Below are positions 39,101 to 51,400 of a stretch of DNA of 64,000 nt, one piece after another; positions within the stretch are counted from its first letter, which is position 1, and every line of letters begins with the position of its first letter. The stretch is from Marsupella aquatica. Its lineage: Eukaryota; Plantae; Marchantiophyta. Both the position numbers and the translations under genes were made by a program. The stretch spans positions 21,210,152 through 21,274,151 of the forward strand of contig OZ316896.1 in assembly GCA_973895155.1 (NCBI GenBank), written 5' to 3'. The notes beneath the pieces are model-generated. The model saw nothing but the letters and a program-made list of their open reading frames with translations. It did not search any database and had not been told where the DNA came from.

Positions 39101-40020
39101 TCAACTGACTAACGATAAGGAATGGTTCTGGCCAAAGCTGTCAGATTTTAGTGATGATCTAACTAGCAAGGGTCTACATTTTTATATGATTGAACTAACT
39201 AAGCGGTTGGGTATATTAAAAAAGTCAAATGGGAAAAAGCAGGGTTTTCCATTTGTAAAATTTTCTGGGTCATATCTAAAGTTTGGTTTTCTTCTTTTTC
39301 ACGTAGGATTGAAAGAAGTTCTTACTCTAGCTGTAGTTTTTATGAAATGATTTTTAAAAGTTAATAAAAATCCCAGAAACCTGGCTAGTTTGGCTGTAGA
39401 CGTCTCTGGAAGTTAATTTGTATCACATTTGTATTGCCCAGAAAATCCGAGAGCTTAGCTCCAAGTTCAGAGTATAAGCTAGGTAGGCTATGCACAAATT
39501 AGTTGTCCTTGGTTTCAACCCTTAGTTGATCTTAGGACAACTGCCCATCTATCTGGATAATAGTTTTCAGTAGTCCAGTAGTGTTTTTTCTCAAGTAGAT
39601 CTGGATCATTCCTATTTGAAAAGCATAAGTTATCAGGGTAGATCAAATTAGGATAAATTTATCACTGAGGATATTTTTTTCACTCGACTCAAATTAATTT
39701 GCGAGTCTGACGTATTTTAGTCTGAGTTGAGCGCTCATTCCTCATTGTTTCATCTCACAGAGTTTTGCATCCAAGTTAATTATAATTATATATTAGCACT
39801 TAGATAGCATTAATTTCGTCTGTTCATGCTTCAAAGTTCTTAGTGTGCAGTAAATACCGATCCACACTACCGGTAGTTGACGAAAGTCTTTTGTGAAAGA
39901 TTTCGATCGAGTGATACAAAGCACCGTTGGCTCCCGTGTTGGCTATCCAGAGTCCGGACTTCGAGGAAGAAAAAAGTCATTCTGACAGCTTTGACAGTCA
40001 GCCTAAAACAAGAACATGCG

Positions 40021-40108
40021 AGAATGATGGGGTTGAGTGGTTTAAAATGCAGCATTGGAAATGCTGTGTAGACAAAAGTCTACCGAGGGTTCAAATCCCT
40101 CTCTTTCC
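40021..40108 (+). tRNA. trnS-GGA: Plastid-type tRNA-Ser(GGA), degenerate organellar insertion
   Basis: Anticodon arm CAGCA-TTGGAAA-TGCTG, long variable arm GTAGAC-AAAA-GTCTAC, T arm GAGGG-TTCAAAT-CCCTC, 3' end TCTTTCC. The 5' acceptor/D region is damaged. A GGA anticodon is organellar/bacterial rather than cytosolic. Confidence 0.8.
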
Positions 40109-43100
40109 TCACAAGTTTCAGTTAGTTTATACGAATGAGGGAATCCATTTATTTGAAAGGAGACAGTTCCCTTCGGACCCTCTTAAATTCATTGTTGGCT
40201 ATGGTTCACTAAAGGCATTGCTCCAGTTCGATCCCCTCATCATCATCATGCCATCCTCACTGCGCGCCGGGAGCTGAAATACAAGCTTTTGGGGTACAGT
40301 ATTTTGGTATTCAAATTTTGGGGTACAGTATTTTGGTAAAATCTCAAGGTACATTTGATCAATAGGTTCAAGACTATTTCTCACAAGCATTGAATCAAAT
40401 ATACATGTAGAGATCCTTGGTACAACTAGTGCGAATTCTTCTAGTCGAATTGAATTCAATTTAAATTCCAGTGCAAAAGTGAACCCAAGCGGGTGAATCT
40501 AGAGTAGCTCTATACTACCCAGTACTTGTTCCATGCATGACAAAAAAAACTTCTTGGCAGTAACGAGTTAATTGGATTTACTTTGCGTCCAACACTCGGA
40601 AGGTTCAAAATTAATTGAGAGCAACACGCTGCAGCTTCAGAACCAGTTGAGGTTTGCTCATATATTCAGCTCGATCACTATTTTCAGTTGGCCTAGTCTC
40701 CAGATTCGATCCACCATGTAGTTGGCTTGGGAGTTTCGGACGACTGATGGAGGACGTCTCGAATGTCAGTGCGTCGGCCCTAATTAAAAGTGAAAGGTGG
40801 CATATATGTCATTCATGCTAAGTAATAATTACACTACACATGTAGGGGACAAAATACACCAGTCCTGTGTCCTAAAACCACATTAGGGACAAAAATACAA
40901 AGACAAAGGCAGTGCTTGCGACCTTCAATTTATATATACCTTCAACATTGTGTACATTTTACATCTTCACATGAGACAAGATTACACTGTGGATAATCTA
41001 TTTTATGTATGGGTAGCATATACTATAACATCAGGATTAGTGGAGTTATCAATATGCTCTCAGGGAACACCACCATCTGGTGTATATTGTCTCTTTCTTT
41101 GTATATATTGACAGCAGTTTTTTTTTGTTGTTAAAACAGTTTACACATTGTTGCTGAAACAGTATACACAGCGAGAGAATGAGTGCAGCTTACAGGGGAC
41201 ACAAAGCCCGAGTAAGATGGCATGCAGAGACGTCGAATTGCTTCAGTTGATAGCCAGGACCTCCTCTTAAGGGTAGGCAGACGACCTTGATCGTAGATGC
41301 ATGTTTTGAGTACGTACAATCATGCTGCATCATAGCATTGCGCCCGATATATGGGGGGAGCATGACCTGAATCATGTCCTGCAGTTCATACAACAGGACT
41401 ACAGTACTGCAGGACTAATAAGTGCTAAATCAGGCCAACACTCGCAAAGTGAGTTCACGCAAATTACTCTTTCGGATATTAATGGAACATCACAGAATTT
41501 TGTCCCTTCGCATGTATTCTTCCAGTTTATAATTAGAAATGCTTTGGTGGAGCCTTTCGATTCAAGACTAGCTAATCGGGGTTCCTGCAGAATCGTCTCT
41601 CGGACGATTCGAAAGTCTAGCGTTTGTCATCAGTGGCCAAGAGGGCAAGAATATTTAGTATGAAGGAAACGGGACTCATACTAAATATTCCTGCCCTGCA
41701 ACTAATGAGGGTATTAGTCAATTATTGAACAAATTGGTGGATCGTTTGTTTGAAAGCTGTGCATTCGTCATTCGTCGAAAAACATTGTTTGATCACATAG
41801 TTGAAAGCCTTTCATCAGGTAGGTCTGGTCCTAAGAAATGCGGCCATTAGGGCCAACTCGCATGTGGAGGGTCCTAAGAAATGCAACGTACCAAAACGCG
41901 GCCCTTGGCCTGCGCGAAAAACAAGGGTAAATGCAGATTTCGCAATAATTGGTTAGTTCTTACCAACTGCAACGTGGACTCCGCGTAGGGACACTTCGTG
42001 TCCCCTTTTTGTCGGTTCCCGATGGTAGGTTATGCAGGGTAAGTTTGCAGGGACTTGGACGCATCGAATTGGACCTGTAAACGCAAACGTCCACACTATC
42101 GCATGTGTCAAACCTATAGGCAAACCCGTGCTCAATTCGCAATGCAGAGTTCACTCTTCACAGATTGCATTGTCCACAAGAATTGAAATACAGGAGCTTT
42201 GTGTGTTTAACAAAACACAGATTGCAATGTCCACAAGAATTGAAATAAAGGAGCTTTGTGTGTTTAATGAAACAGGTTGAAGGCTGTCGTACCAGAGGAA
42301 CGTCGCTGAGAAGAACGCTATCCTACATTCCAGTCAAGATGTAGTGTAAACACATTCGAAAGTGATTAAATGCTTCTACGAATTGTGCTTCAAGCTAATG
42401 TCGTTCATGCTTACGGAGAGCATAGCAAACGCATCTAGCACACACCCCTTTCAAGGCAATCGTCAATGTAGATCGTCACATCCTTTACTATCAACGACAT
42501 CCAACTCCAAGTCTAAAATGTCGGTTTCACGTAGGCAGGACAAAGCTTACTATGTTTGAAGCATTTTTCAAATTGTGAATAGTTGAATTTTCCTCAAAAT
42601 CTTGCCCTTCGATTGAATCTACTTCCTGTCGTCGATACATAAGCATTCCAATATGTGCTGTCTATTTCTTACTTCTATAACGACTTCCGATAAAAGGATT
42701 CCCATTGACTCTTGTTCAGTGTAATTGCAAACATATCCTCCTCAATTGAGCTGCAGCTGAAGATTAGTCAGTGAAGGATGTGAATCCAATCAGCAGCTGA
42801 AGAGTAGTCAGTGAAGGATGCGAGTCCAATCAGAAATTGAAAGCAGGATGCAATGTTGATCGTGCTTCACTCTCAGGCCATAGGTGCACCTTGGAGCTCG
42901 GTGGCTCTATTCAAGAAGTTGGCGAGTTTAGGCTTGCCGGGTTACTCGCAGGACTATCCCACAGTCAGGCGAAATCCTTTGTGCAATGCACGGATTGAAA
43001 ATAGACAGAATTACAAAATCGAGAGAATTGCAGGATTTTTTCTATCGGAAGAGCTCATCAGTGTTGAGTGCAAACAAGTAAGAACGAGAGCTGTGAAGTG

Positions 43101-44788
43101 TGGTTGGGCACAGAAGCTTACGATTTCAAAATGCAGGGCCAATCGTGAACAGTCGCACTCTATGAGCGCCGTCAGTACAGCCGCATGAAGGATTATTCAC
43201 GATTTACCCTGCATTTTGAATAAGATAATGTCCTGTTAGAGGGCATTATGAGAATTATGAGATATAATGCCCTGAAAAACAAGGGTAGGAACCCAAGTTT
43301 TGAGTGCATTATTTTCATAATGTCAGTAACTAGTATATTAATGTGAGTAAAAAACTTGAGTGAGTTTTGGGTAAGAAAAAGTGAATCTCTGAATAGAAAA
43401 TCCAAGCAAAAAGACCTCCAATTGGCCAAAGGCATGAAAGAAGTTAAAATAAATCTTAAAGCCCTCCTCAAAAAAGAAGGGAGTCTGTATGGTAAAGTTA
43501 TGCACTCAAAAATAAAAAGAGAAAAATAACAAAAATCTTTACAAATGAGGGGTCATTCACGATCTGCCTTTGGGAGTTGGGACCCCACAAATGAGCCCCG
43601 TCAAGAATGCCGCATGAGGGGGTTATGCCACAAATTTCTCGTTCAAACATATCGTCCCACGACTGAGGGTAAAAAATTAGATCAGGACGAATATTGTACA
43701 GCTTGGGCAGCTCACAGCCCGACACAAAAAGCCCAAAATTTAGACAATAAAGTAGTCGGATCGTGGTTTTTGACGAATGCTACCTACATTCATTGGGTGG
43801 CTGGCCAACTGTTTCCGGTCTCTTCGCGGTACTGTGCACTCCGTTTGCGGTATAACTACAGTGATCTCCGAAGGTGCAATTTAAACGTGTTTGCGTTTTC
43901 ATGACATGACGGCAAAGGACACGAACTCGCACATAGCCTAGCTACCCCTAGGTAGCCGCTAATGCAGCTATATGCAATCATTTCTTCTTGGTGCCATCGT
44001 CTGGAAGATTCTCATAGCTATTGCGGTGATCATCCCGGCAATGCTATTGCTCCTGTCTTTCATCAGATAGGCAAGGTGAGGGAGAAACCTTCATCGTGTA
44101 AGCGCCCCACGCATATATTCGTCTCGCTCGATCTGGTTCACATCCACCCGCACATCATCGCTTTCAGCAACGCTTTGATTAAAGGAATTTTTAAATTAAG
44201 CTTCCCGTCTGCGTCTCTGCTGATGATCACTAAGCTTAGCAGTATGATTTGTGTGGACCAGGTTGAGGTGTGTAAAGTTAGCTGGGGTCTAAAATCTAAA
44301 TCCGTCCCTCTTTCGCGAACTCGATGGGTTGCGTTGTTCAAGATGGATTCTTTAACGAAGACATGGCGACAGGATCAAGCAGAGTTTTTAGACCTCTCAC
44401 GCTGTACTTGCATGGCAATGAGATAAGCGTTTGAATAGTCGCCCCTTTCACGACTTCATGCGCTTTTCTCTGCGCTTTTCTCTGCGCTTTTCTCTAAGTA
44501 CTCTATGTACACATTTGTTCGATCTATGAACAAACTAATGCAGCTAGGAGTCTAGTGAAGCGTGCTGGTATCCCTAACATCGAGGCTGTGCGTTGTTTCT
44601 TTGGAGGGTCAGCCATGAATTGGGACAGGACGATCGAGACGAGGGTGGAATTCTTTCGATAGTCAGCAATAATTATTGCAGCAATAACAAACGAGGGTGC
44701 AGTCTAATAGCAGTGCACTCTATCAGCTAGGCGATTGGATTGAGCAAGTTATCCAAACCAAAGGACTAAGTCGAAGAGGACGCGGAAA

Positions 44789-46519
44789 ATGGAGCTCAGA
44801 ATCGTAAACCATTTATTCGCGCCCTTCTTGTACACGAGCTTGGGGCTCGTCGCTCTTTTTCTTGTCTATAAAGCGCTTCCGGGTGAGGAACTCACTTGCT
44901 CTTGCAACTCAGCTAATCGGGATGATCCATGGATAGTTGAGTCTAGCGTGATGCAAAACAATTGTGATGAAAATAGGGAAATTCCTGCTCAAAAATCTAT
45001 AGCACAGATGTTGCAGGAGAAAATTGAAATCGGTGGTCTGGCAAGGTACCAGGACGTGGAGAGCGAGGAGCTCGCAGGACTCGACTTTTCGACGCGGGCA
45101 CTGCTGGTCGAGCTGGTGCGCAGTCTCAGCAGAAGGTCCACTGTAGCCAGGCCAGGTGAACAGCCAGATTGGGGGTTTTTCAAATTCGATTACGGCGTGA
45201 AACGAGTAGTCAAACGTCTTGTGGTCTGCAGCGCATATCGGACTGCTCTACAAAAATTCACTGTGATTACTCTGAGTCCCGACTTCACGTTGTGGTCAGC
45301 GAATCCTGACTTCAAAACTTTGCCACCTAAAGAGCCGGCTGTGAAACACACGTGCACATGGCTCGAAGACGCCAACGCTGGAGCTCCTTTCTTCGGATCC
45401 GAGCGACAAATGAGCGAAGTAGGACGAAAGATAGTCAGCCATGGGGAGACAGAATTCCAATGGATAGGAGAGAGTCAAGGCACGAGCTACGATGTACTGC
45501 TCGTACACTGCACGTTTCCTGAGCCCGTGGGAATGGATCTGAGTGGAGGATTTCTCTACCTGACTATTACTCACGGTGATGGTTCGGGAGAGTCGACATC
45601 AGCTCCCACGGAGCTAGCGCCGGTTTACCGCGAGGGGCCCGAGACCCTCGATGCATCCATGTACGATTCTTCTGCAAGTCGTCAGTTCCAGTATGAATTC
45701 GCGTACTGCTCCGCCCCCGTGTTCACTAGTCTCACCCCGAATCACGTGAAGCAGTTCCTCATGTACCACTATGCTCTTCTGAACGGAGCCGTGCATTTCT
45801 TCATCTATTACAGTCAAGGAATCGACCCCGACATTATGGCGGTGCTTCAGCCTTTGGTTGACGCCGGGACTTTGACCTTAGAGAACTTCGAAAAAGAGGC
45901 TGAGTACGATACGTGGTACCACAGCCAGGACCTCGCCATCAACGATTGTCTTTATAGAACGAGAGACCTCGCCAAATGGGTCCTCTCGTGTGACATGGAC
46001 GAGTATTTACACGTACGCCCTCCGCTCACACTGCCTGCTCTTCTTGAGCAGCACAAGGACGCCCCATGGATCTCGTTCGGGAAGATAGACTTTTCCCTCA
46101 GGTACTGTGCAGCTCCTAACAATTCCATGGCGGACGAGTGGGCGGTGGAGAGGATGCTGTACAGAGAGGAGAACCCAATCTGCGGAGAATGGTGCGACGG
46201 GGATCCGGGCGGGAGGAAGTGGATTGCGAATCCTCGTATGGTAAAGGCTGGGCGAATTCATCACATTGTCGATTATGTCGATGGCGGCGTGGTACTCTCC
46301 ACCGATGTTGCGCGCATGAATCATTATCGCGGCTTAGTAGCTCCTCGGGGTCGGTTGACCTGTGAGCAGGTCCGCGATCCCCTTGTGTCAATTTCCACCA
46401 TGAATTCCGATGGGGAGACGTTGCTGTGGAGCGATTCGGAACTCGCTTCTCTCGTCAGGTCTACGCTCAAGAGTTCCGTGGAGGCCCTTCCAATGTTTGG
46501 CGGCCTTGGGACATCCTAA
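44789..46519 (+). CDS. Glycosyltransferase family 92 / DUF23 (GALS-like), type II membrane protein, single exon
   Basis: N-terminal TM segment (LGLVALFLVY); YCSAP, QFLMYH, QDLAINDCLYR, DxD motif CDMDEY, RKWIANP and MNHY motifs. Confidence 0.88.
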   Translation: MELRIVNHLFAPFLYTSLGLVALFLVYKALPGEELTCSCNSANRDDPWIVESSVMQNNCDENREIPAQKSIAQMLQEKIEIGGLARYQDVESEELAGLDFSTRALLVELVRSLSRRSTVARPGEQPDWGFFKFDYGVKRVVKRLVVCSAYRTALQKFTVITLSPDFTLWSANPDFKTLPPKEPAVKHTCTWLEDANAGAPFFGSERQMSEVGRKIVSHGETEFQWIGESQGTSYDVLLVHCTFPEPVGMDLSGGFLYLTITHGDGSGESTSAPTELAPVYREGPETLDASMYDSSASRQFQYEFAYCSAPVFTSLTPNHVKQFLMYHYALLNGAVHFFIYYSQGIDPDIMAVLQPLVDAGTLTLENFEKEAEYDTWYHSQDLAINDCLYRTRDLAKWVLSCDMDEYLHVRPPLTLPALLEQHKDAPWISFGKIDFSLRYCAAPNNSMADEWAVERMLYREENPICGEWCDGDPGGRKWIANPRMVKAGRIHHIVDYVDGGVVLSTDVARMNHYRGLVAPRGRLTCEQVRDPLVSISTMNSDGETLLWSDSELASLVRSTLKSSVEALPMFGGLGTS

Positions 46520-47713
46520 AATTAAGCTCAGGAAAGAGGGGCTTCAAAGTTTGCGTTTCTAATCCCTGCAGTTTGTCGAGTTTCTCTTCTCTCTCGCCGC
46601 CACGCATTTCAATTTCACTTTATATGTATCGAAACTCCCAGACATCGACCTCATTAGTGGAGAGTGAGCTCGATCCAGGGAAAGGTGTAGCTCCAATTCT
46701 CCGATTTAGTGTGTATACATGTAGTGCGTGTGCATATATATATACCACTGTCGGGAGCATTATACCATCATTCATCATTCAGTTCACTTCAGGAAGATCT
46801 TTCCACTTCAAACTAGTGGAATGATGGGAATAGTCCTCGGATCCTGGGGATCCATGACGGAAGATCGAGAAGCCTACTTTGGTATTATTTTGGGACGAAA
46901 GATATTAGCCAAGCAAGAAATAGTATCTGGTTCGCAATGCACTTAGGATTCGAGAGTCTGGCGTTCATGCCTTCAACAGCTCGCTCGATCCCGCAACGGG
47001 ACACTGGTGCGTATTACGTATCAACCATTACACTGATGTATTCTTACTGAACAGTACGTCTTGGTAATAATTTTTCTGTCCTTGCTCAAACGAAGTCTGT
47101 GACATTTTCTTCAATTGGAGTCCATCGAGCCTGGCCTGCTTTCGTGCTGATACGGTTGGCTAGAGTCCACGGACGCGCTGAATTGCACTCAACTACATTA
47201 CACTGCTAAATAATGTAACCCTCGAAGCCAATTTCGAGACGTTCAACTTGAACTGCGGTTCAGCGAAAAACCTACACACCTCTCTCAGAGCCATTCATCC
47301 CTTGAGAATGTTTCTACACCCCGCGAGCTTCTTGGCGAAGTAACTCTGTCAGTTTGGAGAACTCGAAACTATGAAATGAATTACACAATTCACGAGTTCT
47401 AAACCGAGAGAAGTACTCTATTCCACAAGTCCTCACAAATTGAGTCAATTTGGCTAGCTCACCGAATCGCAGACCAGTGATTTGGCTTATTGGCCTCCAT
47501 CTCCGCTAGCCTCGCCTACACCATACTAATTAAAAGTGACAGCTCACTCACGGCAATGGCAATACTTCGCTGGGTCTCGTCCAATTGCGGCCAGCTCTCA
47601 CGAGTTGACCGCACTCGACATCAGCAAATCATCCGCTCCGCATATACTGAGAAATCACTCCACTCCCTAACTCTCGCCTATTGCGGAGCTCTCCAGCTCT
47701 GAGCAACCTACAA

Positions 47714-47762
47714 AGAGAAGAGAAGAGAAGAGAAGAGAAGAGAAGAGAAGAGAAGAGAAGAG
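47714..47762. repeat. (AGAAG)n microsatellite
   Basis: Perfect pentanucleotide run. Confidence 0.95.
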
Positions 47763-48434
47763 ATCTCGTCGTTGAAAAATTGATTGATGGGGCGGGGGAG
47801 CGAGCGGCGGGAACGAGGGGACAGACCATGCCAGACAGCTAATCAAAGTACGCACCAGTGATTCACAACTCTTTTGAATCCTGTCTTTTATTTAGACAGG
47901 GCATTTATCACATATTCCAGGGATGGATGAAATATGAACAGCTCGGGCAAGAGAGAACATTCATATTGACCCCGTTCCTGATTGGCAGTCAAATTAGTTT
48001 CGTCATCGTGAATAATCAATCCCTTGACACTGTCAAAATCAAAGTCCACTAAGTGCACTAGCGAAATTGATTTCTGACGATCACTGTACGAGCAGTGATC
48101 ATTAATTCGTAGCTATTCTAATGTTAATGCACAAATCTCCCATCGTGTTGGCATTGAAAAACAATACAGGTGATCATAGGTAAAAATCTTGCTCGCATGT
48201 AAGACTTCTCAAAAGTGAGCCCCGAGATAACTTCAATGAGTTTTGCTTTGAAGGTTGGAACTGTCATCTGACCACTTTGGAAACTGGAAACTGCAGTAAG
48301 ATACTTACAAACTTTCCTCCCACTTCTCTTGTCACAAACTCCGTGTTCCATGATTACGTTGATATTTACAATCATGCTTTCCTCGATCTCACTTCTGTTG
48401 TCACAAACTACTTGTTCCATGATTACGTTCCAGC

Positions 48435-51400
48435 TCACATCTCGTAGTTGGATGGTTGGGGAGATCGAGATAAGAGGTTGGTAGGTGCCACGGGTTTCGA
48501 AGGCTGGCTCTCCGGGAATTCAGGAGAAATACGACGAGCAAACACTGCCTCCAGCTCGTCAATTTTTTGGCTGAGTGGAGAAGCCTGGCTAGCAACTTGA
48601 TGGAGAGGAAGAGCATGTTTTTGGCTGAGTGGAGAAGCCTGGCTAGCAACTTGATGGAGATGAGGAGGAGCAGGAGGAGGACTACTAGGCACCTTTTTAG
48701 TCTCTTTCTCTTTCTCATCGTTAGATTGAAGGAACAAGATGTTCACATTCATGGGCTCTGCCAACACCTTTGGTAAAACAACTGGATGCGCTTTCTCGTA
48801 ATTGCTCACATATTGCTTCATCTCCTCTGCAAGGTCAAATTCATCTAGAGGAGCATCGTTTGGCCCATCGGGTTTCCCTATCATCATTGCTTGCAAGTCT
48901 AGCTTCTTCGTTTCAACCTGCATTTGGTCCTTTGGCGGAGCAAGCCACACTCTCAAAGTAGTATCCCATGATCCAGAAATGAATTGGTGTCTCTCTTTCA
49001 AGTATATTATGGAATGAACCTGATCAGTGTGACCCTTGTACGAGCAAATTTCTTCCCCCAGTGAACCAAGAGGGTGGACTCGAATTGAATAGTCAAAGAT
49101 GTAACTCAAGACAACAAAATCATTTTCTTCATCTACAAACAAGGTTGTTATTGGCTGTTTCAAGGGACACAGTATGTTGAGAAAGTCTTGTGTCTCGGGG
49201 TTCCACGTGCAGATAGTCCCCTCCTCGCTTGCTGTTATCCATAGTCCTCCATGTGACGCACTCCATCGCACCTGGCCAGCAAGAATTAAAGGGTAATTGT
49301 GACAGGCATTGATAAACTTTCATAAGCAGATATCCGAATGATGACAGACATAGTAATTCCCGCACCATTGTTATGTCCCCAGCTGCGCCTTTGAGTTGAT
49401 ATTTCACTTTCTTTCGTTTCTCACCACCCCAAATTTTTACATGAGGATCCCCTCCACAAGTTGCAATTTCCTCCCTTGTTGGGCTATATGTCATATCCTA
49501 TAAGACAGACACAATTTGTCAGGAAAAGTTATAAACTCAGAAGCAAACACTACCGCCAGGTCTTAATTTAGGCCTTTCTTAAGTGGTCAACATCACGAAA
49601 GGTTATGACGTAAAAGTGGTTATTAGATTGGAAAGAAATAAACCTCAAATGGATATTCATGGGCCAACTCATAGACATCGGTCGGTAATCTGGTGGACAA
49701 GTCCCAGAAGCGCAAGCTCCTATCAGCGGATGCTGACACAAGTACCTGAGAGGTAATAGGTTCAGTCCCATAACCTTTGCCAAAGAGTTGAGAAGTATTT
49801 GATTTCCCAATTCAAAGTCGTATATATGTACGAGTTCACCGAATTATTAAGTTATCAGATTGGAAGTCAAGCATGCATCAAGTCAATCAACTTACTATTA
49901 GTTTACTGTAACGTAGTTCATTTACTGTGGCGCCAAGAGGAAGTTTGATTGTGCGCAAGACGTGCAATCCGAAATTCTACAGATGGTATTTGAAGCTAGT
50001 TTCAGCGTAGCTCACAACGCCCACGAGACCCCTTAAGTTACATAGATATTCGATCAGTACCCATTCAGTAGGATAAACTAAATGTTTTGAAGCCAGTCAC
50101 ATACCAATTCCGGTAGAGCACACAAGCCCACCACCTTTCCTGTATGTCCTTTAAGTATATCTGGACCTTTTGCTTGACGAATAGCTGATCGCCAAAGAGG
50201 TACACTACGACTTCCATCCATATTCCAGATGCTGATGTGATGATCTCCTGTACCTGTAAGTTCGTCACAGCAAAGATTAAGGGTAAGCAATCCCACAATA
50301 TTTATTTATAATCGTGGGAAAAATTGACTCAGAAGATGCTCCAATCCCAATGGAGCATTAGTGAAGGACTCGGGTGGAATGACTTCTGATTCCTGCTCAA
50401 GAGAAGTACTAGATTTGTTGTCCTTGTGCACTAGATTTCAATTGGTAAGAGCCATCCCAGACACCTTGCTACTTATTGCAAGGCAAGGTACTTCCACTAA
50501 TCCTCAGGTCATCCTAATGAGTGCATAAAAACTTTTGCATAATTGTTGTCGCAAAGAAAGCATATCAACAACGTATTTCGTTTGGTTAGAATTTGTATGG
50601 ACTGCACCTCGATTCACTGTGACGGCGGACTTCATGTTCACACGTTTCTGAGTGGAGACGCAACAAACCTGTAATGAGGATATCGAGCTCAGTGTGATGG
50701 AGCATGCATATTATAGCTTTGTTGGTTGTAGGGGCTAATCTCCTTCTCATCCAAATATCCTTGTTTGGATCCGGGTTAGTGAGCCATTTCTGTATGGAAC
50801 CATCAGAGCTTCCACTGAAAACTTCAGGCTCAAATGTTACCGTCATTGGTGGTAATTTGCCTTCGTGTCCCAGTGAAAAGTCTATTGGTTCATGGATTGT
50901 TGAGACACTTGCAAGTGAAGTGCTATCTGGAGTGGCAGTTTTCGATGCTACCGACAGCCCAACACTTTTCTGTTCCTGCATTTCAAATTCCGCACATTTG
51001 TTATGCGTTGAATAGCACTGAGGCAAGGGTTCACGTAAATTCAGTTTATCACTCAATGGTCTTTCAGAAACAACTTGATTCTGTACTAGAAGTCTGTTGC
51101 AATAAACATTAATTTTGCAGCATCATTTTGCAGAAGTAGCTTACACAATTTATCGTTACCTCACTAGGTACAGAAGAAGTTGCAACTGGCCCCAATGGAT
51201 CTCCTGCAACTTGAGAGGATGCTAAGCTAGTCATGGCTTGCCGAGGCTTGTCAGCTCGGAATTTTTTCCGCTCAGGAAGTATGTCTGTCATGTCTTTCAT
51301 CAATAGTCTCTCCTTGTGTGCTCGTCTGTTGGAAACTATAACCACTTCAACCCAATTGGTGTGGCCATGTAGAACACGATGCGGTGCACAACGATCATAC

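Noticed and set aside
42160-42835. Two short tandem duplications (~57 bp and ~40 bp)
   Set aside because: Ordinary local duplications with no further structure.
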